From NCBI GenBank assembly GCA_963701095.1, contig OY969564.1, positions 960,001 through 1,024,000 on the forward strand: a stretch of DNA of 64,000 bases, read 5' to 3'. The notes under the pieces were generated by a model, which saw only the letters and a list, made by a program, of their open reading frames with translations, did not search any database and had not been told where the DNA came from. This DNA is from an uncultured Methanoregulaceae archaeon. Lineage in GTDB: Archaea; Halobacteriota; Methanomicrobia; Methanomicrobiales; Methanospirillaceae. Positions 9,245-19,710 of the stretch are shown here, piece by piece. Position 1 is the stretch's first letter; each line of letters opens with the position of its first letter. A program made the translations under genes and the position numbers.

Positions 9245-10726
9245 TTATGGCGAGCGGTCATTCCCATCGGTCGCTATACTGAGACGGTAACTCGCTTTAG
9301 GGACATGGATCTCAAACCGGGCCCCGTTTCCCGGGGTTCCTGTTTCCGTAATGGAAAGACCTGTTATACTTAAAATTTCGACGATCAAAAACAGACCGTA
9401 TCCCGTATTGCGTGAATATTCCCGCCGGAATATTAATTTTTTCGACTCTTCAGGAATACCAATACCATTATCCTCGCAGCAGAGGACAAGATCGTTTTCC
9501 GTCTCGTAATAAGAGAACTGGATACGGGTGACATGTCCGCCATGAATCAATGCATTTTCGATCAGGTTGACAAAAACTTTGGGAAATCCTGAATCCGCAA
9601 AAATTTCCAGATCGCCGACCTCTTGGACAATAACAACATCTTTTTTATCAACACCTGAAGCAACGCCGCTGATAACGGAACTAACCTTGTACCATTTAGG
9701 TTCTCCCGAACCTATGTGCTGGTAGTCCTGCGTAAACCAGATCTGTTTCTGGATCAGGTCTGTTACATCCTCAATCTTTTTAAGATACGCGGAGATGACA
9801 TCGTCTGTTTCCATTTCACGGATGAGAGCAAGGTACATGACGATTGCCGTGATCTGATTTAGGATGTCATGACGGGTGATCCCGGAAAGAGTGTTTATTT
9901 TATGGTTGGCAAACCTGATTGCCGCCTCGAATCGTTTTCGTTCTTCAATTTCTGCGGAAAGTTCCTTATTGACCCGCAAAAATTCTTCAGTGCGTTCTTT
10001 AACTCTTCGTTCCAGATCGTCCCGTGCCCGTTCAATTACCTGTTCAGCCAGCTTGCGTGCGGTAATGTCTATTGCCGAACAAATAACCACATCTCCCTGA
10101 GTCAATGTTGCAGAAACAAGAACCTGACGAACCTGTCCGTCACGGGTGGTGAAGAACAGTTCGAGGTCACCGGTTTCCCGCGACATTCGGATCTTCTGTA
10201 CAAACCGTTCCAGGCCTCCCGCATCAGTAATAATACGGGAGAGATCGGCCCCGGAGAGATCGGCCCGGTCGTATTTAAGCATCTGAACGCATTTTATATT
10301 CACTTCGGTGAGTCGGAGCGTATTCACATCGAAGGTGAATATCCCTGCCTGGGAATTCTCGAATATTTCCCGGTATTTTCGCTCCTCTTCGCGTAATCCT
10401 TCGGCAAATGAGGATGTAACGACACCAATGGTTACAAAAATCACAAACCATGCCGTGGAGACGGCAACATCCTGGGGGTTGAAGCCGCTGTAGGTATACA
10501 CAAGAAGGATGTAGACGGTACTCATCCCTAGAGAGAAATACACACCTTTTGCCGGGTAGAGGTAGACAAAGAGGATTATAGGGATGAAGTAGATGAAGGG
10601 AAAAACCTCGTAAATGCCATGGGAAAGGGAGTAGACGGTAGAGTATAAAGTAATAAACACGGTGATGACGATGGTGATAGTCCAGAAAATCTGATGTCTT
10701 TTCTCCGGTGATATCCTGACGATCAT
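9245..10726 (-). CDS. Membrane-bound PAS sensor histidine kinase
   Basis: Four TM helices, PAS, coiled coil, TRHDILNQ H-box, NLIENA, EDNGIGI, GYGLF. Confidence 0.92.
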   Translation of the reverse strand: MIVRISPEKRHQIFWTITIVITVFITLYSTVYSLSHGIYEVFPFIYFIPIILFVYLYPAKGVYFSLGMSTVYILLVYTYSGFNPQDVAVSTAWFVIFVTIGVVTSSFAEGLREEERKYREIFENSQAGIFTFDVNTLRLTEVNIKCVQMLKYDRADLSGADLSRIITDAGGLERFVQKIRMSRETGDLELFFTTRDGQVRQVLVSATLTQGDVVICSAIDITARKLAEQVIERARDDLERRVKERTEEFLRVNKELSAEIEERKRFEAAIRFANHKINTLSGITRHDILNQITAIVMYLALIREMETDDVISAYLKKIEDVTDLIQKQIWFTQDYQHIGSGEPKWYKVSSVISGVASGVDKKDVVIVQEVGDLEIFADSGFPKVFVNLIENALIHGGHVTRIQFSYYETENDLVLCCEDNGIGIPEESKKLIFRREYSRNTGYGLFLIVEILSITGLSITETGTPGNGARFEIHVPKASYRLSIATDGNDRSP

Positions 10727-11583
10727 GATTTTCTCTCCTTTTCATCATCTGAATGATCCTTGCGGTCACCTGACAGGAGGGTGTTTTCAAGGCGGCGACG
10801 CTCTAAAATCTCATTACGCAGTTCGTCGTTTATTCGCTCGAGATGTGCGGTGCGTTCCCTGACCTGGCGTTCCAGATCCTCAAGTGTCTGGCGTATCTCC
10901 TCGTCAGCCATCCTTGAGTTTGTCACATTAGCAACAGAACAGAGAACGGTGTCTTTTCCAACGTAGAGAGGTGAGATAATAAAACGGATGATCCCTCCGT
11001 TTTTCTGCCGGAAGAGGGTTTCAAATACCACACCGGCAGCATTTCTTTTTTTTATCTCCTCGAGGAATCGTTGATGTGCAGTTGGGTCAGTCCAGATCGT
11101 GATCAAAGGTTCTCCTTTGAGTTCAGTACGGGAATACTGGAGCCATTGAGCACATTTCTGGTTAATCTCGCGGATTTTCCAGGTTATAGGATCAAAACAC
11201 AGTATCCCCTCTATGGTATTATCCATGATATTGAGGATCCTCATTTTTTCTTCGAGGAGACCGTTTGCATAAGAAGAAGCCACAACCGCCAGAGTAACAA
11301 AGATGGCAAACCAGGCAGTGGAAACAGCGATAAGGAAGGGGTTAAAGGATCCTAAAATGTAAACAAGGCCGATATAGATGATGCTTATACAGAGTGCAAA
11401 GAGGACAGCTCGCCGGGGATAAAAATAAACAACGCAAATGATGGGAAGAATATAAAGAAACGAGAAAACAGTAAAGACCCCATGAGTGAGGGAAAAGAGC
11501 GTTCCGACGACCGCACTGATGGTCGCAACGATAACAATACAGAGACGTAAAAATGCTTCCCTGTCAAGTGCGTGTGGTCCCAT
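10723..11583 (-). CDS. Membrane PAS-domain protein without a kinase domain
   Basis: Same 4-TM + PAS + LE..V.ERT coiled coil as the downstream kinase, but ends before any H-box; 4-nt overlap with the kinase start. Confidence 0.85.
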   Translation of the reverse strand: MGPHALDREAFLRLCIVIVATISAVVGTLFSLTHGVFTVFSFLYILPIICVVYFYPRRAVLFALCISIIYIGLVYILGSFNPFLIAVSTAWFAIFVTLAVVASSYANGLLEEKMRILNIMDNTIEGILCFDPITWKIREINQKCAQWLQYSRTELKGEPLITIWTDPTAHQRFLEEIKKRNAAGVVFETLFRQKNGGIIRFIISPLYVGKDTVLCSVANVTNSRMADEEIRQTLEDLERQVRERTAHLERINDELRNEILERRRLENTLLSGDRKDHSDDEKERKS

Positions 11584-11739
11584 GTACGTGCATTCTCCCG
11601 GATTAAAGTGCTTACGTCGCCCTTATCACGGTATACCTATTATTAAAGAGTGATTTTAATGCATATAATGTTAGAGGCTCGATCCGGTTAAAACGGGGGT
11701 ATTCACCAGACATGGGTAATTCTTTTTGTTATGACTAAG

Positions 11740-12351
11740 TTAAATGTGTCCCCTAGTTCCATTTTTAGAAATGTTGATATGTTCCAGTTCCTCGAGTTTG
11801 TTGATATTGGTAAACGTCCTGAGGTCTTGATCCATTGCCCTGAGGTCGTCCACCGGGACGTAGCGGGCATTCAGGGTTTGGATCATGGTCCTTAACGAAA
11901 GGGAGGTATGACTTCCAAGATACGATAACAAGGCAGTCCGCCGGTAAACAGCATGCAGGGGTTCAAGCATTTGTTCATTCCACTGGGGGATCGCAACATC
12001 GTAAGTACCGATTGCCTCAAAAAGATACGAGACTACCTTGGAATCAATGCATGGCATATCACAGGCCGAGACAAATATGAGATCCCCCTTTGCCGCAAGG
12101 GAACCAGCGTGCAGGCCGCCTATAGGTCCCATTCCCTGCCTGATATCACTGATACAGGTAACATTGCTGATCGTCTGAAACCGTGTACACTGTTCCGGAC
12201 TTCGGGCAACAATAATGATCTCGTCGACGACGCCGGAAAACGAACCAATGAGCCGTTCAATGAACGTCTTTCCTTCATAGGTGAAAAAATATTTTTCCTG
12301 ACCGTTTGCCCGCCGGGCTTCGCCCCCAGCCAGCACTACTGCGGATCTCAT
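11740..12351 (-). CDS. mobA: Molybdenum cofactor guanylyltransferase
   Basis: VLAGGEARR..K, GPIGGL, ACDMP, EPLHAVY, FTNIN. Confidence 0.92.
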   Translation of the reverse strand: MRSAVVLAGGEARRANGQEKYFFTYEGKTFIERLIGSFSGVVDEIIIVARSPEQCTRFQTISNVTCISDIRQGMGPIGGLHAGSLAAKGDLIFVSACDMPCIDSKVVSYLFEAIGTYDVAIPQWNEQMLEPLHAVYRRTALLSYLGSHTSLSLRTMIQTLNARYVPVDDLRAMDQDLRTFTNINKLEELEHINISKNGTRGHI

Positions 12352-13277
12352 GTGGATCCTCTTTGATTCGTAAGAGATTCACGGAATTTAACGAGATCGG
12401 TAATACAGGCATTAAACGGTGTGGGAATACCGTATTCTGATCCTTTTGCTACAATGGCACCATTGAGAAAATCGATTTCTGTTGGCCGTCCCCGAGCAAG
12501 GTCCTGGAGCATGGAAGAATGGTGCAGAGCCGTCGCAGGAAGCTGAACATCATGGAGAAACCTAAGATACTGGTCGGCGGATTCCCACTGCAAGCGGATT
12601 CCCTCAGCGTGAATGACAGAAAATCCTTCACGTACTATACCGGTAATAATTCTCCAGGCTGCCGGCTGGATCAGCTCCCCGTAAGGCACGCCCATTACGG
12701 CACCAAGAGGATTAAGAGCACAGTTATAGAGGGTCTTTCCCCAGAGCTCAGCCCGAACGTCCGCTGTCCCTACTGCCGGGATCCCTGCCTCCGCCATAAT
12801 TTCAAGGAGTTTTTGCACGGGATAATCAAGTCCTGCGGGAAAACGACCTAGTTTTGCAGGACCGGCTTCAACAGAAACATGCACCGCATTATCCCCCCGC
12901 CACTCAAAACCGGTAATTATCATACCTCCGATTACCCGATCAGTATATTGGCTGATGATCTCTTCGTTTCCTATTCCATTCTGGAGGCTGACTGTTTCAG
13001 TATCCCGGATGTATGTCGCATATTCTCGGCAGAGAGTTTCAGTGTCCCTGGATTTAGCAGTGATAATAATATAATCGTACCGGGATGCCGGGGGAATACC
13101 AGCCGACGCGCTGAATGCAAACGATCCATTTCCCCAGATACCAGTTAACTGGAAACCGTGTTTACGAATGGCTTCAGCAGTCTTTTCCCGGCAGACTGCG
13201 TGGACATCGCAGACAGGAGAGAGTTTTGCGGCAACGGACAGACCTACCGCACCTGCACCCAGCACCAGTATCTTCAT
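12348..13277 (-). CDS. panE: 2-dehydropantoate 2-reductase
   Basis: MKILVLGAGAVG, SLQNG, WGK...N...N, SSMLQDL..GRPTEID..NG. Confidence 0.92.
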   Translation of the reverse strand: MKILVLGAGAVGLSVAAKLSPVCDVHAVCREKTAEAIRKHGFQLTGIWGNGSFAFSASAGIPPASRYDYIIITAKSRDTETLCREYATYIRDTETVSLQNGIGNEEIISQYTDRVIGGMIITGFEWRGDNAVHVSVEAGPAKLGRFPAGLDYPVQKLLEIMAEAGIPAVGTADVRAELWGKTLYNCALNPLGAVMGVPYGELIQPAAWRIITGIVREGFSVIHAEGIRLQWESADQYLRFLHDVQLPATALHHSSMLQDLARGRPTEIDFLNGAIVAKGSEYGIPTPFNACITDLVKFRESLTNQRGST

Positions 13278-13352
13278 GGTGATCCTTCGCACCTGTACCT
13301 ATATGTTCCCGGATGGCAATTAGAGGTTCCGAACAGCACGGTAATTGGGCTT

Positions 13353-13810
13353 TTATTGGCCTGAGCTTTTACGCTTATTTTCTCCCTTTTTTTCAAGATT
13401 GAGCAGATATTCCTTAATCTCAGGTGTCGGTGTGAACCCGCCAATCCCCCCGGCAGCAACGATCCTGTGGCAGGGGACAACAAGCGGTGTCGGGTTCCGC
13501 GCCATGGCACGACCCACTGCCCGGGGAGATGTTCCAACCCGGGCGGCTATCTCCCCATAGGTTACGGTTGTACCATATGGCACATCACGGACTGCCTGAT
13601 AAATACGGGCAGATACGGTATCGCCTTCACAGGCAATTGTGGAGAGAACTGACAAATCGACAGGATGACCCGCGCAATATTGTTGTACTGGTGCCGGGAC
13701 CGGCCAGGAATTCCGGTACGTGCAAACCTGATACGGTGGATCTTTTCACCACGCCACCAGACATGAACATACCAGAGGCCAAGTCTGCAGGAACCACCGG
13801 TTATTTCCAT
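13353..13810 (-). CDS. ogt: Methylated-DNA--protein-cysteine methyltransferase, frameshift near 13702
   Basis: VPYG...TYGEIA, RAVG.A...NP...VVPCHRIV active site; one extra C in GGC-CCG joins the N-terminal ORF. Confidence 0.88.
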
Positions 13811-15806
13811 CGTGTAAGTACCTCATGGAACTTCTGGTAGTCGCACTCAAGCATCTCATCCACAATCCATGCAGGAAGGGCTGAATTTACCCTCTTTTCA
13901 AGAAACCTCCGTTCTCCGAATACAAGAACACCACGATCCTCTGGTGTGCGTAAAACGCGGCCGAGTGCCTGAAGAGCCCGGTTAATAGCCGGCAGGGTGT
14001 AACAGAGAAATTCGCCTTCTTCACCGTATTTATGCCGGAAATATTCGATGATCATCTTTCTTACACGGGTAAAGGGAGCCAGAGGTAGCCCTACAACCAT
14101 TGCCCCAGAAAGCATCTCTCCCCGGTAATCAAGACCTTCACTCCATTTTCCCCCGCATACGGCAAACATGATGCCAGACTCGCCCCGGGCCGGAAGCGAG
14201 AGGAATTCGTTGAGTGCAGCACCAGCTCCCGCAGCATCCCGGGGTTCGACATATATTTTCCTCCTGCTTATATGAGGCGAGGCGAGAGCGACATACGATT
14301 CAAGGATCTGGTAACTCGGGAAATAGATTGCACGATTTTTCTTAAGAGAGGCAAAGGCGGTAATGTAGTGCACGATCCTGTCGGTATTCTCCCGGTTCTG
14401 CCGCAGAGAATACGCGGTTGTTATATCGGTCGCACAGCAGATGAGTCGATTCTCTTTTGGAAAGGAATTGGGAAGGGTAAGGGTTGCAATTTTTGCGTCG
14501 TTAAAATACAGCTTCCTGAAACTGTCAACCGGAGACAATGTACCGGAGATCATGATGCAGCAGGCATGTGTCGAACAGATCTCTGAAAGGGGAGCCGATG
14601 GATCGATATTCCTGACTTCAAGAATAATCCCCTCTTCATTCTTTTTGTAGACAGTGAGGTAGGCCGGGTTATGGGCAGACTCCGTAAGCCGGTACATGAA
14701 AACAGTCATGCGTTCAATTGCTGTCTCGCGGAACTCACCAGCTTTCTGGTTCTTGTCCCGGATCGTTTCAGCAAGGCCCATAAGTTCGTCAACAATGTCA
14801 CTCATATCTTTCCAGAGAGAGCCCCGGACAATTGACCGGTCAAATATCCCGGGATCAAACCAGTCTTCGGCTTCGCTCGAATTCGCAAGTCCCGCCATGA
14901 ATTCCGACAGCCTTGGAAGGACATGCCGGATCGCTTCGGCACCTTTATGCAGCCGTTTCAGGCCAAGGAGCTCCCGGGTAGCCTGTTCAAGGTCCTTTTG
15001 TGCAAGGGAAACGCTTTCGACAGACTGGATAACATCACCACAGTTATGAGCCTCATCAATGAGGAGCATAACATCCTTATCTTCCACATTGAGATGTGCG
15101 TAAAGCTGCTCACGAATCTCGCGATCGAAAAGGTGATAATAATTCAGGATTATGACATCTGCATTTTTTGCGGCATGCATGACCATCTCGTACGGGCAGA
15201 TATCGCCAGAAAAAGTACCAAGATCCGGGGAGGGACCGGGTCTGCAAGTACTTTATCTGCTTTTGAGCGGACCCCGGCAGATGCCACCATTTTGAGACCC
15301 CCGGTGTCTCCAGGAACAAACTGGCGGCTTGCGATAAAATAGGGGCATATTAACGGATGTTCGCGATCCATCTTCCGGATCTGCTGGATAATAAAAGGGT
15401 CTTTTATGGGAATCAGTGCACCGCGTTCGGCCCGTTCGCGCATAAGTGCCGAGGAAAAAGTCTTGACGCCTTCACAGCGCCGGTATATATCTCCCTCGCC
15501 GCCAAGAGGGCAAATGCTTTTTTTCCCGACAAGATAAACGGTTTTGAGTTCCGGCCGTTTCTTTTTTATGAGCGCAAGTTCCCGGACAAAGGTTGAAAGC
15601 TGGCTGACCGTCCGGACAGCGATCACAATTTTGCGTCCTTTACGTTCAGATAAGAGGGAAGCGACCACACTTGATTTCCCGCTGCCGGTCGGTGCATCTA
15701 TCATACCAATCCCCCCTTCGCGGGCGACTGATGCGGCAAACTCGAGCATCTCCCGCTGGTGGGGACGGTATTCGTTGTACGGGAAGAACCCGTCGGGAGT
15801 GTCCAT
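13801..15806 (-). CDS. xpd: XPD/Rad3/DinG-family Fe-S DNA helicase, frameshift near 15227
   Basis: Q motif YRPHQ, Walker A APTGSGKS, Fe-S Cys (CP, RC, CPYF, CPYE after repair), DEAHN, SGT, QALGRVLR. Confidence 0.9.
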
Positions 15807-15913
15807 GTGCTGTACCTGTTTGCGGGGAAAGATATTATGGGCGTCGGAACAGCATGTGGGTTACCTGCCGGGCAGGCTCAAATCTAATATTCCCAAACGA
15901 TCCATCTGTTCTC

Positions 15914-17254
15914 ATGGCAATCCACCCCATCGAGAACCGGTACGGCACACCGGAGATGCGAGCCGTCTGGAGCGAGGAGAACCGTTTTGCCTGCGTTGTC
16001 GCAGTTGAATCAGCGCTCGCGCAGGCAGAAGCGGCACAGGGTATGATCCCCGTGGAAGCGGCAGGGGAGATAGCAAAGAATGCTCAAGGGGCATCTCTGA
16101 GTCGGGCAAAGGCAATTGAAGAAGAGATAAGCCATGATATGATGGCTATTGTAAAAGCGATCTCAGAGGTTTGCGGGGAGTCAGGCCGCTGGGTGCATTA
16201 CGGTGCCACTTCTAATGACATTCTCGATACGGCGACCGGTCTTCAGCTGGCTCAGGCACTCGATCTGATCGATGCAAAACTCCGGAAACTTCTTGGCGTA
16301 CTGGTACGACGGTCAGAGGAAACCATAACGCTTGTTGCTGTAGGGCGTACGCACGGGCAGCAAGGCGTACCCACCACGTACGGACTCAGATTTGCCATCT
16401 GGGCAAGTGAGGTAGGCCGGCATATTGAACGTCTTGAACAACTGCGTCCCGGGTCGCAGTGGGGCAGATGACAGGGGCGGTGGGAACTCAGGCGGCACTT
16501 GGACCAAAGGGGATGGAGGTCCAGGCAGCAATGATGGAGATCCTGCACCTTTCTCCGGTAGATGTCTCAAACCAGGTGATATCACGGGATCGATACGCAG
16601 AATACTTTATGTTTCTTGCCGGTATCGCAACGACCCTCGATAAAATCGGTGTCGAGATCCGATCGCTCCAGCGAACCGAAATTGGTGAAGTGGAGGAAGC
16701 GTTTGGTGCTAATCAGGTTGGATCGTCAACAATGCCGCATAAACGCAACCCTATTAAATCCGAACAGGTCTGCGGTCTGGCCAGAATTGTGCGAGCCTCT
16801 GTCGAACCCGCGCTTCTTAACAACACCATTTGGGACGAGAGGGATCTCACCAATTCATCCTGCGAACGGGTAATTTTTCCGGAAGCTTCTATCCTGACCG
16901 ATCATTGTCTCCGTCTCATGACGACCGTGCTCGATAAACTGGAGATTAATCGCGCTGCAATCCGGCGCAATCTCGGGTTCCTCCATGGTATCAATATGGC
17001 AGAGTCTGTAATGATCGAACTCACCAGACGTGGTATGAACCGGCAGGACGCCCACGAGCGGGTGAGGATGGCAAGTATGCAGGCACTGGCAGAAAGCCGG
17101 CCCCTCGCAGATGTTCTTCGGGAAGACCAGGAGGTACTCCGGGTACTGTTCACGTAAAGACCTCGAAACCCTGCTCGCACCGGATACGTACATCGGCACA
17201 TCAGTGGCACAGGTTAACCACGTAATCGGAAAACTTTCACCACTTATCCGGTGA
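15914..17254 (+). CDS. purB: Adenylosuccinate lyase, frameshifts near 16450 and 17141
   Basis: MAIHPIENRY start, HYGATSND, GRTHGQ, GSSTMPHKRNP signature; repaired C-terminus ...LLAPDTYIG...PLIR-stop at 17254. Confidence 0.93.
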
Positions 17255-17406
17255 TTTTCGATACCATGTCCGGTTGAGCGACAGGTACACTAAAGGAATC
17301 TGAAAAAATCTTTTTTTCCCAAGCAGAATCCGGATTCATCAAAAATGCCGGCTAAAACGATAATAACAGGTTTATAGAGTATCAGGATAAATTCAAAAGT
17401 ATACTC

Positions 17407-19203
17407 ATGGAACAACGATTCTCTATCCGGGGCTTTCATATCTCAAACACGGATTTCGTCCGTTACACCGTTATTGCCTCACTCACAATTTCTTCCATAT
17501 TGATTACGGCAATAGCGCTTACCAAAAATGCCGGGGCTCTTTATCCTCAGCTTTTCTATTTTCCCATACTGTACGCGACCTATTTTTATCCCAAACGCGG
17601 GATCATCCTTTCCGGAATCTGTGGCGTCATTTACGAATGTCTTGTATATTTCTCACTTTACCCGGATACCCTTGCACTCTGGTCATCTACCGGTCAGGCG
17701 ATTCTTTTTATTTGTGTCGCACTTGCAGTCGGTTATTTTACAAACTTAATCCGGATATCTGAGGCCCGCTACAGGAGTATTTTTGAAAACTCCCTGCTCG
17801 GCATCATTCTTTTTGACAAAAACCAGTTCACCATCCGTCTCGCAAACCAGCAGGTGGCTGCAATGCTCGGTTACACTGTCGAAGAAATCAGCCATAAGGT
17901 ATTTTCAGATCTGTTTTTTTCCATTGATCTAAAACGCCGGTTTTTCGAACACCTCGGATCCGGGGAAAATATCAAGAATTTCGAGACCTGTTTTGCCACA
18001 AAAACCGGAGATCCCCACTGGGTTATTCTTTCCTGGAGCCGGATTGACGACGTTATCGTAAGCTGCTCAATCACGGATATCAATGCAGAGAAACTCGCAC
18101 GTGAACTGGCAGCAGACAGTTCAACACAATACCAGCAATTGACCGAAAGCTCTCCCACCGGCATTGTGATTACGGATCATACGAAAATTCTCTATGCGAA
18201 CCCGGCGTTTTCCCGTTTCATCGGCTATACAGCTGAAGAATGCATTGGCAGAAATATCACTGAAAGTGTCATGGAAGAAGACAAAGACCGGTTTGTTACG
18301 TTTACCGGTAAGTGGGAATTACCTTCCCCGGTCCCTGACCGCGCGGAGTTCCGGTTCATTACAAAAGAAGGAGAAAACCGGCGAGCGGTTCTTTATTTTA
18401 CTCCTATTATCCGGAACAGCCTGCCTGCCGGGCTCATCAATATCGTTGACAATACCGAATGGGAAGAATATCGGGAACGGGTCGAACAAACCCGGGAAAG
18501 ACGGCGGGAAATGATGCGGGCGGTCGCTCATGAACTCAGGACGCCGCTCCAACCAGTGCTGGGGTATCTCAACCTGCTTCTCCAGGATCGAACTTCCTTT
18601 GGAGTGACTGATGAGACATGGCAGATCCTTGACCGGTGCGCAAAAAGTGTGGACAGGGAACGCCAGATCATCAACCAGATGATGGAACTTTCAGTTCTTG
18701 AAGGAGAGGAAACAAACCTTGACTATTCTGTTTTTCCTGTATTAGGGATGGTAAATACAGTAATAGCAAATGGAGGGTATACCCTCAAAGCAGAGATCTC
18801 CATCGATGTCCCGCAAGACCTCATCTTTGAAGCAGACCGGCAGAAACTTTCGTATGTCCTCGATGTGCTGATCGCAAACGGTGTGAATTATTCAAAACCC
18901 CCAAAAAAAGTCTGGATCACGTACCGCGGCTCCCCTTCACTTCCCTTTCACCGGCTTGCGATCCAGGATAACGGCGTCGGCATCACCGAAGCCCAGCTTG
19001 ACGCAATCTTCAAACCTGATGATGAGGGCACCTCGCTGTCATCACGGCAAAATGCCGGCGGGCCCGGCTTATCCCTTGCCATTGCAAAGAAGTACGTCCA
19101 GCTGCACGGCGGGTATATCAGCGTAGACAGTATTGGGAACATCGGGAGTACATTTACCATCCACATCCCGAAAAAACGACCAGAAAAAGATCAACCATCA
19201 TGA
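17407..19203 (+). CDS. Membrane-bound two-PAS sensor histidine kinase
   Basis: Four TM helices, two PAS domains, AHELRTPL, QDNGVGI, GLSLAI, GSTF. Confidence 0.92.
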   Translation: MEQRFSIRGFHISNTDFVRYTVIASLTISSILITAIALTKNAGALYPQLFYFPILYATYFYPKRGIILSGICGVIYECLVYFSLYPDTLALWSSTGQAILFICVALAVGYFTNLIRISEARYRSIFENSLLGIILFDKNQFTIRLANQQVAAMLGYTVEEISHKVFSDLFFSIDLKRRFFEHLGSGENIKNFETCFATKTGDPHWVILSWSRIDDVIVSCSITDINAEKLARELAADSSTQYQQLTESSPTGIVITDHTKILYANPAFSRFIGYTAEECIGRNITESVMEEDKDRFVTFTGKWELPSPVPDRAEFRFITKEGENRRAVLYFTPIIRNSLPAGLINIVDNTEWEEYRERVEQTRERRREMMRAVAHELRTPLQPVLGYLNLLLQDRTSFGVTDETWQILDRCAKSVDRERQIINQMMELSVLEGEETNLDYSVFPVLGMVNTVIANGGYTLKAEISIDVPQDLIFEADRQKLSYVLDVLIANGVNYSKPPKKVWITYRGSPSLPFHRLAIQDNGVGITEAQLDAIFKPDDEGTSLSSRQNAGGPGLSLAIAKKYVQLHGGYISVDSIGNIGSTFTIHIPKKRPEKDQPS

Positions 19204-19565
19204 CACGCAAAATTGTTGTAATCGAGGACGACCAGCCTATCCTCGATCTCATGGGTATCCTGTTAAAAAAACTCGGATACGAGCCGGTCCTTATCCCGAA
19301 CGGGCTCGATGCATTGACTTCTGTACGGGCAGACCCTCCAGCCCTTATCCTCCTTGACATTATGATGTTCCCCCTTTCGGGCTGGGAGTTTCTTGAACGT
19401 CTGAGGACTGAATACAACCTCAGGGAGATCCCGGTAATTCTTTTTACAGCTTCACCAATTGTCCCGGAGAAGATAGAGAAACTTAATGATCCAAAACTGG
19501 GTATTCTTCAGAAACCGGTTACGTACGATGAACTCAGGGCCGCGATTTCACACTTTCTTGAATAA
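19200..19565 (+). CDS. Single-domain response regulator (CheY-like)
   Basis: VIEDD, LLDIMM, FTA, KP; overlaps the kinase stop. Confidence 0.93.
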   Translation: MTRKIVVIEDDQPILDLMGILLKKLGYEPVLIPNGLDALTSVRADPPALILLDIMMFPLSGWEFLERLRTEYNLREIPVILFTASPIVPEKIEKLNDPKLGILQKPVTYDELRAAISHFLE

Positions 19566-19710
19566 TTTTTCGGAGACAGCGGCAGAAGTTCCCTCCCGGT
19601 TTTGAGTGCACATGATGATCTCGTCCAAAAAAGTTGACATATATTCTTATTTATATCAAAAACGATTGTGAGTATATTGAGGTTCCAATCCGGTGCTACT
19701 GGAGGCAGAC

